NCBI GenBank assembly: GCA_040377305.1
Contig: JBEIPA010000006.1
Span: forward strand, 96,001-160,000
Length of the DNA: 64,000 nt
Origin: Flavobacteriales bacterium
Lineage (GTDB): Bacteria; Bacteroidota; Bacteroidia; Palsa-965
Direction of reading: 5' to 3'
A program made the translations under genes and the position numbers. Numbering within the stretch: position 1 is the stretch's first letter; each line of letters starts with the position of its first letter. Under the pieces are notes generated by a model. That model did not search any database, was not told where the DNA came from, and worked only from the letters and a program-made list of their open reading frames with translations. Below, piece after piece: positions 47,088-57,030 of the stretch.

Positions 47088-49223
47088 CTATTTGATTTCC
47101 AATCTGGCGATCGTAGAAATGTGCTCTTCGCTTCCTGTTTCGAGATAGAGCTGGCAGCGTTCGAGATAAATTGCAGAAACAATATCGGTTGGTTCGAGGG
47201 CAAGTGCATGTTCGAATTTTTCTTTTGCCTGCGCTATCTTCTTCTCACGATATAATTCGATACCGTCGTTGTACGCAGAAAGCATTGCGAAATAATTTCC
47301 GGAAACATTTTCCTCGCTCTTTCCGATTATTTGCCAGATCTGAACCGGTTCGTGTTTTCCTTTCGCCATTACGTTGTCTACGAAACGCGTCCGGTAAATC
47401 GATGCGTCTTCGAGTGCAAGAATGGTATCGAGACTGGTGAGCACTCCTACTCCATACATTTTCGTCATGCCCTCGATGCGCGAGGCAAGATTCACAGCGT
47501 CACCAATTGCCGTGGAATCCATTCGGTCATTCGCGCCGAGTGTTCCGATGATCACATTGCCAATATGTAAACCGATACCCATGGCAAGCGGCTCCTTTCC
47601 GTCTTCGGTGCGATGTGCATTGTATTGCTGTAACCCGATTTGCATTTGCAACGCAGCGTCAATGGCAAACTTCGCACTACGGGTCGACTCCGTTTTTTCG
47701 AACAGCGCCATGATTCCATCGCCCATGTATTTGTCAATGAAGCCATTGTTCGCTGTGATTGGTGGCTCTACGTACGACAAATATTTATTGAGCATGCTGA
47801 ACACATCTTCCGGCGACATTGTTTCAGCAATTGACGTGAATGAACGAATGTCGCTGAACAGAACTGTTACTTCATCACGTTCAGCATTGCCCGGTTTAAT
47901 GGAATGAATTCCGTCTTTCGCTATGCGCGTTAAAAACTGTGCGGGCACAAATTTCCGAAATGTGCTCGCATACATCTCTGCCTGGAAAAAAGCGCCGGAG
48001 AAACGTGAAGAGAGGGAGAAGGATTGCGCGAATGTAACAATGAGGAGCCCGGCGGAGAGGTACAGCCCGGTGTGAATGAACTCCATCTGATTTAAAGTGT
48101 CGTTTACAATTGTGAGCAGGAAAAATAATGTTGTTGCAAGAAATATTCCTGCGCCGTCCAGTTTTTTGCGAAGCGCTTTGACAAAAACCCAGATGGTGAT
48201 CATGCCTACAATCCATGCGTATCCGGTGAAGACATACGACGTATTGGTGAAGATTGTGGTTGGCGTTACAATTACAAATGCAATCAATGCCAGACCAAAA
48301 CCTGCAATGCTGCGATAGATGATTCTGTTCCACTCCGTAGGGAACAATTTTCTGCAGAATGCGACGTAAATTCCGGGACTCGTAAAGGTTAGAATGTATT
48401 CGATTTTGCGAGCGAGATGCCAATCCATTCCCGGGAAAATATGATTGATGAGAATTTCTCCTGTGAGCAGACTTCGGACACTGATTACGAAACACATGAG
48501 TCCGAAGAATAGCGTAGTTGAATCTTTTCTGCGCAAGACATATAAACCAAAATGGTAAAGCGCCATCATGAAAAGACATCCGAACAAAAACATTTCAGTG
48601 AGTACACGCGAGTCGCGATTCGACTGCACTTGCTGCACTTCGCCAAATTCTATTGGCAACCAGAATCCGCCTTTGCAGTGATCGAAGTTGGAAATCTGCA
48701 TTGTGAGCGTAATCTCATTTGAATCGGGGACGAATGTTACAACATGCGGAGCGTATTGTGGCTGTGAAATGTCGGAGTTGTCTCCCACTGTTCCGTTTGT
48801 AGCGACAAGTTTCTCATCGATATAAAATCTGTACGCGTTGCTCACGGTAAGAATACTGATTGCGCGCATGTCTCCGGAGTCAGGAAGCTTTACGTCAAGC
48901 TTGTACGTTGCAAATCCTTTCGCCGGAAGCGATGGAATAGTCTGAAAAGACTTGTTGTTCCAAATGCCCGGCACAGGCATGAACGTTCTCGAGTCATACG
49001 AAGGTTGAGTTGGATCCACCAGTTCTTCCCAATGGAACGCCCAATCTCCGTTAAGCCGAACAGAACCATTTTTGAAATCCCACTGGCGCAGATCGATGCT
49101 ACCGTTCTTCGCTACGGGTCGTGAAACTTCCTGTGTTTGATTAAACAGCGCATAAATAAGCACGCACACCGGTAAAAAAACGATGAGCGAAGAAAAAAGT
49201 TTTCGGGCGCGGGTATCAGTCAT
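47088..49223 (-). CDS. 7TM-DISM receptor adenylate/guanylate cyclase (class III) with a C-terminal TPR-like tail
   Basis: LNGDWAFHW/VPGIW extracellular domain, 7 TM, VLFSDIRSFT, IDKYMGDGIM, AIGDAVNLASRIE. Confidence 0.9.
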   Translation of the reverse strand: MTDTRARKLFSSLIVFLPVCVLIYALFNQTQEVSRPVAKNGSIDLRQWDFKNGSVRLNGDWAFHWEELVDPTQPSYDSRTFMPVPGIWNNKSFQTIPSLPAKGFATYKLDVKLPDSGDMRAISILTVSNAYRFYIDEKLVATNGTVGDNSDISQPQYAPHVVTFVPDSNEITLTMQISNFDHCKGGFWLPIEFGEVQQVQSNRDSRVLTEMFLFGCLFMMALYHFGLYVLRRKDSTTLFFGLMCFVISVRSLLTGEILINHIFPGMDWHLARKIEYILTFTSPGIYVAFCRKLFPTEWNRIIYRSIAGFGLALIAFVIVTPTTIFTNTSYVFTGYAWIVGMITIWVFVKALRKKLDGAGIFLATTLFFLLTIVNDTLNQMEFIHTGLYLSAGLLIVTFAQSFSLSSRFSGAFFQAEMYASTFRKFVPAQFLTRIAKDGIHSIKPGNAERDEVTVLFSDIRSFTSIAETMSPEDVFSMLNKYLSYVEPPITANNGFIDKYMGDGIMALFEKTESTRSAKFAIDAALQMQIGLQQYNAHRTEDGKEPLAMGIGLHIGNVIIGTLGANDRMDSTAIGDAVNLASRIEGMTKMYGVGVLTSLDTILALEDASIYRTRFVDNVMAKGKHEPVQIWQIIGKSEENVSGNYFAMLSAYNDGIELYREKKIAQAKEKFEHALALEPTDIVSAIYLERCQLYLETGSEEHISTIARLEIK

Positions 49224-49429
49224 TAACCAATAGAAATCAGCGAATAGACTACCAAAATAAGCAATCGGTTAATGAAATGGTGAAAAATCAGACCGAACGA
49301 AGCATTTCTGCGGTAAGAATTCCCCAGTGAGAAACAGGCAAACATACTTGTTGAGAAAAAGAAACTCAGTAACTTGCGAAACGGCAAATTTTCAAGCGTT
49401 ATAGTGTCTTAATAAACAAACCCAAATCG

Positions 49430-52400
49430 ATGAGAAAACTTTTCCTCCTCTCACTATTTTCCTTTTCTGCATTTCCGGTATTCGCACAACTTTCAGGAAC
49501 CTATTCCATAGACGGAAGTTCTGCTGCGAGTGCAACGAACTACGTAACTGTTGGCGATGCAATCTCTGACATGGTCTCGGGCACGCGTGCTGATGGTGGA
49601 CCTATTAACGGACCCGGCGTTAGTGCAGCAGTAACGATCAGACTGGAATCGGGCAGTGGTCCATATAGCGAACAACTAATAATTCCTGCGATTTCAGGCG
49701 CATCTGCAACCAACACAATCCGTATCACAGGTGGACCCGGACGAGAGATGATTACGTATAGCGCTACTACTACAACCGATAGGCAAGTGGTGAAACTCAG
49801 CGGTGCACGTCACATCATTCTGGATAGTCTTACGTTTGTGAACACCGGCGCAACATACGGTTACGGTGTGCACATTACCAATGGTGCTGACAGTAACGTT
49901 GTTTCGAATTGTTCTGTAATTACCAATAACACTGCGACTACCAGCAACTTTGCCGGAATTACAATATCCGGTGCAACGGTGGCAGCGAACGGAGATTTCG
50001 GGGACGACAACCTGATCATGAATAACAACGTGAACGGAGGTTATTACGGTATCACGATGCGCGGTACGGGAACTACGGTTTTCAATCGGCGTAACGCAGT
50101 AATCGGAAACATCGTTCAGAATTTTTACTACTACGGCGTATATTGTTATTATCAGGATTCAACAATTATCAGGGGAAATACAATTTCTGCACGCGTAGCA
50201 GCAACCGCTGCCGGCTATGGAATTTACCTGAATTACATTGACCGTTTCAGTATTGAGCAGAACCGTCTTTTCAATCTGGGCGGGAATGGTATCTATGGCA
50301 CGAGTGCAAATTACCAGGGTGGAACCGGAACCGCGCGTTCAAGAATTGTAAATAATATGATTGGGGGAGGTTGGATAGATGCAACATCTGCTTATGGAAT
50401 CTACCTGCTTACCAATACACGCTATGTCGACATCTGGCACAATTCAATTTCGATGACGGGCAGTGGCCCGCGCGCAATCTACCTTACAGCTGGCCTCGGC
50501 AATAACATTCAGAATAATTCGTGTGCTGCATTTGGTTCAACAACCGGCTATGCACTTTACGTCACTTCTGCTGCGACTGTAACCGCAGTCGATTACAACA
50601 ATTATTATGCTCCCGGATCCTCGAATTTTATTTACGTAGGGGCTGCCTTTTCCACCGCAACCTACGTTGGAGGTGGAGGATTCAATGTCAATTCGCGCGA
50701 TGGTGATCCGGTTTATCAGAACAACGCAACGAACCTGCATACTTCTGCGTTACAGTTGTTCGATGCGGGAACCAATGTTGGCATCACAACTGACTTCGAT
50801 GGTCAGACGCGACCAATGGCGCCAACTGCATTTTACGATATCGGTGCTGATGAATACGTTCAGGTTCTGAATGATGCGGGAGTTGTTTCTTCTACAAGCC
50901 CAGTGCCTCCATTCGGTCCCGGAGTTCAGAACATCGATGTCGTGTTGTTCAACTACGGCTCCGCTACACTAACGAGCGCGCAGGTAAACTGGGATGTGAA
51001 CACGGTATTACAAACACCGTTTGCATGGACCGGAAGTGTTCTGACCTATACCAGTTCATCGCCTGCAACAATCGGAACTTATAATTTCATCTCGGGAACT
51101 ACATACAATATCCGTGTGTGGACAAGCAATCCGAATGGTGTTTCCGATCAGCAGATACTGAATGACACTTTGTATTTCACCGTGTGTACTGCACTCAACG
51201 GTGTGTATACTATTGGAGGCGTTGGCGCTGATTATCCAACTATCAATTCCGCAGTAACTGCGATGAGTTGTGGTGGAATTCTTGGTCCGGTGACTTTAAA
51301 CTTAACGCAGGGTGCTGGTCCTTTCAATGAGCAGGTAATCATTCCAGCCATTGCCGGAACAAGTGCAATTAATACCGTACGTCTGAACGGAGGTGCGAAT
51401 CGTGAAATCGTTGAATACACAGCTACACTTACAAATGAACGTGCTGTAATTAAACTCAATGGTGCCGATCACATCATTCTCGACAGTATGCGCATCATCA
51501 ATAACGGAACTACCTACGGGTATGGTGTGCAGCTAACTAATTCAGCCGACGATAATGTGGTGAGAAACTGTATCGTACAGGTGAGCACCACAGCTACAGC
51601 CAGCAACTTCGCAGGCATTACGCTGTCGGCGGCCACAGTTGCTACCGCAGCTGATAATGGCGATAATAATCTGATTGAAAATAATACGGTTAATGGTGGA
51701 TACTATTCTGTTACCATGCGCGGCCTGAGCACAACGGTGTTTGATCAGAATAATATTGTGCGCAACAACACGCTGTATAATTTCTACTACTACGGCGTGT
51801 ATTGCTATTCACAGAATCTGCCGGTGATCGAAAACAATAGTATATCTGCACGGCCAACTGCAACGGCATCCGGGTATGGTGTTTATCTCTATTACGCAGA
51901 TCGTTTTATTGTTGAGGAAAATGATCTTGACTCGATCGGTGGCAATGGTATTTACTGTTACTACGGAAACTATCAGGGCGGAACAGGCACACAACGTGCC
52001 CGCATTGCCAATAACATGATTGGTGGATCGTGGCGTGACGCTGCCTCAGCGTACGGTATTTACCTGACCACTAACAGCAGATATATTGATGTGTGGCATA
52101 ACTCCGTTAGCATGAACGGAACCGGGCCACGCGCATTGTACATTACAGCCGGTACAATGCATGATGTACGCAATAACTCTTTTGCGTTGTACGGCGCAAC
52201 TACCGGTTATGCAGCATACGTGACGAACACTACGTATGTTTCGCAATTCGACTATAACAATTTCTACGCTCCCGGTTCTGCAAACTTCGTTTATGTAAGT
52301 GCCGCCTACTCCACTGCGACTTATGTTGGCGGAGGTGGATGGAACCTGAACTCCCGCGATGGCGATCCGATTTACACCGACCCGGCGAACGATCTGCACG

Positions 52401-54670
52401 CAACCGGTCCTCAGTTGTATGACGGAGGAACGAATGTCGGAATCACAAATGATATTGATGGTGATGTCCGCCCGCTTGCACCTTCAGTTGGTTACGACAT
52501 AGGGGCTGATGAATATCTCGTATTAAGCAACGACAATGAATTGGTGCAGATTATTTCTCCGGTGTCGCAGGCGTGTGCGAACAGTGCAATGAGTGTAGAA
52601 GTTGTAATTACGAATTATGGAGTGAGTACCATTACTTCAATGCCAATCACCGCCCAGATTACGGGTTATGTAAATACTACGCTTAATGCAACGTATACCG
52701 GAAGCCTTGCGTTCGGACAATCGGATACTGTATTGGTGGGAACATTCAATTCGAATCCTGGCGGAACATTAACGATCACCGCATATTCCACGTTGGTGGG
52801 TGATCAGAATATTACGAATGATACTGTCAGCGTTTCGCTAGTGATCACACCTATTGCACCAGTAGCGGTTGGTTCAAACACTTCAACATGCATTGGCGAT
52901 TCGGCTACACTCAATGTGACTACAGATGGCTTCCTTCATGCGTGGTACGATGCTCCGGCAGGCGGCAATTTGCTGACCACGGGGGATACACTCACCACCA
53001 GTGCGATTACGGCAAGCACAACTTACTATGTTGAATCAGCGAACACGACCACCAACAATCTTGTTACCCAATACACAGGCGGCAACGGATGCGATGGTGC
53101 GATGTTTGACATTGTGCCCAACGTAAATCTCACGGTAGATTCATTCGCGATTAATATTGGAAGTGTAATTGCTGAACAAGTCCGCATTTACGTATGCACT
53201 ACCGGAACTTATGTAGGTAACGAAACAAATCCAGGTGCATGGATCATTGCTGGAACTGTGGCTGTTACCGGGCAAGGTGCAGGCAACCCAACGATGATTC
53301 CTATCGGGAACATTAATATGATTGCAGGACAACCGTATGGTATCTATGTTACTATGCTGTCGGCCAACCTTGATTATACTACTGGCAGCCAGTCGTTCAG
53401 TAACAGTGATATGACCATCAATACAGGCGCGGGACTTTGTGCTTTGTTTGCTACCGTGAACGCCGGAAGGATTTTTAACGGTACTGTTTATTACTCCACC
53501 AGCGTATGTCCGAATCCGGTTCGTACTCCGATAACCGTAACCGCACTTACTCTTCCAACTGTTTCACTTGGAAACGATACAACTGCGTGTGAAACCTTGG
53601 TTTTAGATGCAGGCAATCCTTCAATGACATACATCTGGTCAACTACTGAAACAACACAGCAGATTACCGCAACTTCAAGCGGACAATACAGCGTTGCAGT
53701 GAACGACGGCACATGTAATGGTCGCGACACAATCAATTTGACAATCAACCCGAATCCGGTGCTCACCACTTCTATTGCCGACGGAAATCTTTGTATGGGC
53801 GAGAGTGATACGATGTATGTATCCGGTGCAATGCTATACAGTTGGAGCAGCGGTGGAGTTGGAACCATGGAAATAGTAACCCCGTTTACTACTACGCAGT
53901 ACACCGTGTATGGACTTGATGCGAACGGATGTACAGATACGGATACGCTGCTCATTACGGTGAATGCAATTCCTGTAGTCTCTGCTACAGCTGCCGATGG
54001 AGCAATCTGTCTGGGAGCAAGCGATACCTTGACGGTTACCGGAGCAACAAATTACAACTGGAGCAGTGGTGGAACAGGGACGATGGAAATAGTATCTCCA
54101 GGCACGACTACAACTTACACAGTCAATGGAGTTGATGCCAATGGATGTACTGCAATGGACACGGTGATGGTAACTGTTAACCCAATTCCGAATGTTACAG
54201 TAACCCTTCCGTTGGACACTGCGTGTACTACGGGGGGATCCATTTCTCTCTCCGGTGAAACACCATCAGGAGGAACATGGAGCGGGACGGCAGTTACAGG
54301 AAATAGTTTTGATCCGCTGGTTGCCGGTGTTGGAATGCACGCAATCACTTACCTATATACCGATGCTAACGGTTGTTCAGCGAGTGCGGTAGATAGCATG
54401 TGGGTGGATTTATGTAGTGACATTGCTGTAGCGGAGCATGCAATCATCGGATTGTACCCGAATCCAACGAGTGGAGAATTCACCTTGCAGTTGGGCGGAA
54501 ACACTCCGGTAACAGTAACCATTGTTGATGCGATCGGACAAGTTGTTGTTTCGGAACAGAAATCTCCGGGTACACATCGCTTCACACTTCCTTCTACAGG
54601 AGTATATCTCTTGATTGCAAGTGATGAAAGCGGGAACCGATGGACGCGAACAATTATTTCAGAACAATAA
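49430..54670 (+). CDS. 1746-aa T9SS type A surface protein: two tandem beta-helix/CARDB-like modules, Ig-like repeats and CTD
   Basis: Signal ..VFA|Q; duplicated ~560-aa unit (GPYSEQL/GPFNEQV, GGYYG, DIGADEY); DANGC repeats; LYPNPTSG...GVYLL. Confidence 0.9.
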   Translation: MRKLFLLSLFSFSAFPVFAQLSGTYSIDGSSAASATNYVTVGDAISDMVSGTRADGGPINGPGVSAAVTIRLESGSGPYSEQLIIPAISGASATNTIRITGGPGREMITYSATTTTDRQVVKLSGARHIILDSLTFVNTGATYGYGVHITNGADSNVVSNCSVITNNTATTSNFAGITISGATVAANGDFGDDNLIMNNNVNGGYYGITMRGTGTTVFNRRNAVIGNIVQNFYYYGVYCYYQDSTIIRGNTISARVAATAAGYGIYLNYIDRFSIEQNRLFNLGGNGIYGTSANYQGGTGTARSRIVNNMIGGGWIDATSAYGIYLLTNTRYVDIWHNSISMTGSGPRAIYLTAGLGNNIQNNSCAAFGSTTGYALYVTSAATVTAVDYNNYYAPGSSNFIYVGAAFSTATYVGGGGFNVNSRDGDPVYQNNATNLHTSALQLFDAGTNVGITTDFDGQTRPMAPTAFYDIGADEYVQVLNDAGVVSSTSPVPPFGPGVQNIDVVLFNYGSATLTSAQVNWDVNTVLQTPFAWTGSVLTYTSSSPATIGTYNFISGTTYNIRVWTSNPNGVSDQQILNDTLYFTVCTALNGVYTIGGVGADYPTINSAVTAMSCGGILGPVTLNLTQGAGPFNEQVIIPAIAGTSAINTVRLNGGANREIVEYTATLTNERAVIKLNGADHIILDSMRIINNGTTYGYGVQLTNSADDNVVRNCIVQVSTTATASNFAGITLSAATVATAADNGDNNLIENNTVNGGYYSVTMRGLSTTVFDQNNIVRNNTLYNFYYYGVYCYSQNLPVIENNSISARPTATASGYGVYLYYADRFIVEENDLDSIGGNGIYCYYGNYQGGTGTQRARIANNMIGGSWRDAASAYGIYLTTNSRYIDVWHNSVSMNGTGPRALYITAGTMHDVRNNSFALYGATTGYAAYVTNTTYVSQFDYNNFYAPGSANFVYVSAAYSTATYVGGGGWNLNSRDGDPIYTDPANDLHATGPQLYDGGTNVGITNDIDGDVRPLAPSVGYDIGADEYLVLSNDNELVQIISPVSQACANSAMSVEVVITNYGVSTITSMPITAQITGYVNTTLNATYTGSLAFGQSDTVLVGTFNSNPGGTLTITAYSTLVGDQNITNDTVSVSLVITPIAPVAVGSNTSTCIGDSATLNVTTDGFLHAWYDAPAGGNLLTTGDTLTTSAITASTTYYVESANTTTNNLVTQYTGGNGCDGAMFDIVPNVNLTVDSFAINIGSVIAEQVRIYVCTTGTYVGNETNPGAWIIAGTVAVTGQGAGNPTMIPIGNINMIAGQPYGIYVTMLSANLDYTTGSQSFSNSDMTINTGAGLCALFATVNAGRIFNGTVYYSTSVCPNPVRTPITVTALTLPTVSLGNDTTACETLVLDAGNPSMTYIWSTTETTQQITATSSGQYSVAVNDGTCNGRDTINLTINPNPVLTTSIADGNLCMGESDTMYVSGAMLYSWSSGGVGTMEIVTPFTTTQYTVYGLDANGCTDTDTLLITVNAIPVVSATAADGAICLGASDTLTVTGATNYNWSSGGTGTMEIVSPGTTTTYTVNGVDANGCTAMDTVMVTVNPIPNVTVTLPLDTACTTGGSISLSGETPSGGTWSGTAVTGNSFDPLVAGVGMHAITYLYTDANGCSASAVDSMWVDLCSDIAVAEHAIIGLYPNPTSGEFTLQLGGNTPVTVTIVDAIGQVVVSEQKSPGTHRFTLPSTGVYLLIASDESGNRWTRTIISEQ

Positions 54671-54674
54671 AGAG

Positions 54675-54707
54675 AAACGGGATGAAGCTACTTCATCCCG
54701 TTTTTTT
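54675..54707. terminator. Intrinsic terminator
   Basis: AAACGGGATGAAG-CTA-CTTCATCCCGTTTTTTT. Confidence 0.85.
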
Positions 54708-54710
54708 GTA

Positions 54711-56087
54711 CTATTCGTTTTCTTCGAGGAAAAACATTTCGATTTTCCCTTTGTTCTTCACTTCAATTGGTCCGCGCCCGAAGCATTTATATTTCTGCCC
54801 GATCAACTGATACACATCGCCGGAGATATTAATCTTACCCGGCTCAGAACTTTGTTCCATTCGTGAAGCAACGTTCACGGTATCTCCCCAGATGTCGTAT
54901 TGAAATTTATGTCGTCCGACAACACCGGCGACCAGTGTGCCGGTATGAATCCCGATTCGGATGTCGAATGCATCCGGAGATTTCAGTTTTTGCTCGTTGA
55001 CGAAGTGCAACATTTCCAGTGCAGCTTCCACCGCATCAGCAGCATGTGTTTGGTTTGCAACCGGTAATCCACCCACCGCCATGTATGCATCGCCAATGGT
55101 CTTTATTTTTTCAATGTTGTGTTTCTCGGCAATGTGATCGAATGCCGTGAAATACACATCTATGCGATTGATGAGTTCCTCCGGTTGCAGTAACTCAGAC
55201 TTTGAAGTAAATCCAACAAAGTCAGCGAACAAAACGGTAGCAGAGTCATAGCGCCTTGAACTTGCTTTGCCGGAATTCATGAGTTCATCTGCTGTTTCCT
55301 CCGGAAGAATGTTCAGCAATAATTTTCGCGATTTGTTCTTTTCTTCTTCGAGTTCAATATTCCGCAGGCGGAAAATTTCGTTGTCTCGCTCCTTCATCTG
55401 CAATTCAAAGGTGAGTTTATCCTGCTCCGCCTGCTGTTCGAGTAAGGCAATCTCTCGTGTACGCTTTGCGAGAATAATTTCTCCGCGATAAATAGCCACA
55501 TTCAGATACAATGCCCACAACCCCACAAAGCCGAAGGCCATGACGATGTTCGTAATGTTGAAAAGCATCAATGGCGATTCGGCCAGCGTGTATACTGGTG
55601 TTACCTTGCTTACATACAATTCAATAAACAGGAATCCTGCTGCACACATCAGCAACAACCCACTCTTGAGGAATATATTTCCCCGCGGCTTGAGAAACGG
55701 AAATATGGCAACAACGGGAATGAAATACTGAAAGCCCGACATAGCACCTAACAACCATACTGCAAGGATCTGATGCGCGACAATTTCCATAAGTGAAATT
55801 GTCATGCTCGTCATGTGATAACCTTTACGGTTAGTTAGAATTGCCATAACGTATGCCAGCACACTGAGCACCTGTATCCATGCCAAAGGATAAATCTCCA
55901 GGTACCAGAATGTAAAGAGCCACCACAGGTGCGCATTCCAGGCCAGCGTCTGTGCAAGATTCGAAACTGTATAGAAACGTGAATTCTCCAACTCAACCCC
56001 TTTGGGCAGTGTGTCGAAGTGCCTGTAAATTGCGACAATACCAGTGCGCAGGAAAATCAGCGGCCGAAGCATAGGTAAAAGTAGCAT
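54711..56087 (-). CDS. Membrane-anchored class III adenylate cyclase
   Basis: About 6 TM, coiled coil, LLLNILP, VLFADFVGFT, KIKTIGDAYM, YDIWGDTVNVASRME (K/D pair implies ATP). Confidence 0.92.
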   Translation of the reverse strand: MLLLPMLRPLIFLRTGIVAIYRHFDTLPKGVELENSRFYTVSNLAQTLAWNAHLWWLFTFWYLEIYPLAWIQVLSVLAYVMAILTNRKGYHMTSMTISLMEIVAHQILAVWLLGAMSGFQYFIPVVAIFPFLKPRGNIFLKSGLLLMCAAGFLFIELYVSKVTPVYTLAESPLMLFNITNIVMAFGFVGLWALYLNVAIYRGEIILAKRTREIALLEQQAEQDKLTFELQMKERDNEIFRLRNIELEEEKNKSRKLLLNILPEETADELMNSGKASSRRYDSATVLFADFVGFTSKSELLQPEELINRIDVYFTAFDHIAEKHNIEKIKTIGDAYMAVGGLPVANQTHAADAVEAALEMLHFVNEQKLKSPDAFDIRIGIHTGTLVAGVVGRHKFQYDIWGDTVNVASRMEQSSEPGKINISGDVYQLIGQKYKCFGRGPIEVKNKGKIEMFFLEENE

Positions 56088-56140
56088 TTAACCTATGGCT
56101 GGCAAATCAACATCAATACAAAGATGCTGTATCCTAAAGA

Positions 56141-57022
56141 TCAGTTATCCGGAACTTCTCTACCGAATCCAGGGCGATCGAGATCTTTTCTTCCGCCCGC
56201 CGAAAGTGACATTGTAACGCCCATTCTCAAATAGCCATTGGAAAACCGGTTTTCTTCGTTGAGTTCGTAACGGATTCCAGGTCGCATTCCCACTTCCATC
56301 ATCCATCCGATTTTTGCGCCCATGCGTGAATCAAATATGAGTCGGAATCCCCACTTGCGGTCCTTGATTCCTTCGAGTTCGTAGGTCGTAGTCTGCTGCT
56401 GGAACATTCCTTGCGTAGTGATGTCTAGCGTTCTGGAATATTCTATTTCCGGCGCAAACATTCCTTCGAACTTGCAATTGATCCAGCTCCAGCATTCACC
56501 AACACCCCTCCAGTAGTTCTTTGTTTTAAAACGACCGCCGAATGAAATTCCGAATGTGTACGAAACCATTTTCTGCGGCATAGTGAATCCGTCAAACTTA
56601 TCGTACCCCTCATATTCACCGGTTGATGTGTTTTTAAATTTGATGTGTTCGAATGTAGAATCCTTATTCAGGAAATAAGTTCTATCACCAAATTCCGCTC
56701 CCGCCGTGAAAGAAACAATGTTTCCATATCCGAGATTCACATCATACAGGCGGTCGCCGTAAAAGTGCTGATACATGGTTCCCGTCATGTTGAACTTCCT
56801 GATGTGTATTCTTGTCTGCGCGAGATAGCAGGTACTTTGCTTGCCTCCGGCCAGAATTCCACCGGTGAGAATCACCATGAATTTCGGCATGTCGTCGCTC
56901 GTGGTTGTTGAATTCAGCAATCCGAATTCTAATGCAGGGACAGGGGTGCGCGCGTGAGTTATTGCAGGAATCAATATTGAAACTGTAAATAACGCTGCGA
57001 ATATATTCTTAGTTACGTTCAT
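56141..57022 (-). CDS. Exported hypothetical protein, probable outer-membrane beta-barrel
   Basis: Signal ..THA|R; alternating Gly/aromatic beta strands; operon-like spacing. Confidence 0.7.
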   Translation of the reverse strand: MNVTKNIFAALFTVSILIPAITHARTPVPALEFGLLNSTTTSDDMPKFMVILTGGILAGGKQSTCYLAQTRIHIRKFNMTGTMYQHFYGDRLYDVNLGYGNIVSFTAGAEFGDRTYFLNKDSTFEHIKFKNTSTGEYEGYDKFDGFTMPQKMVSYTFGISFGGRFKTKNYWRGVGECWSWINCKFEGMFAPEIEYSRTLDITTQGMFQQQTTTYELEGIKDRKWGFRLIFDSRMGAKIGWMMEVGMRPGIRYELNEENRFSNGYLRMGVTMSLSAGGRKDLDRPGFGREVPDN

Positions 57023-57030
57023 GGCAGTGG

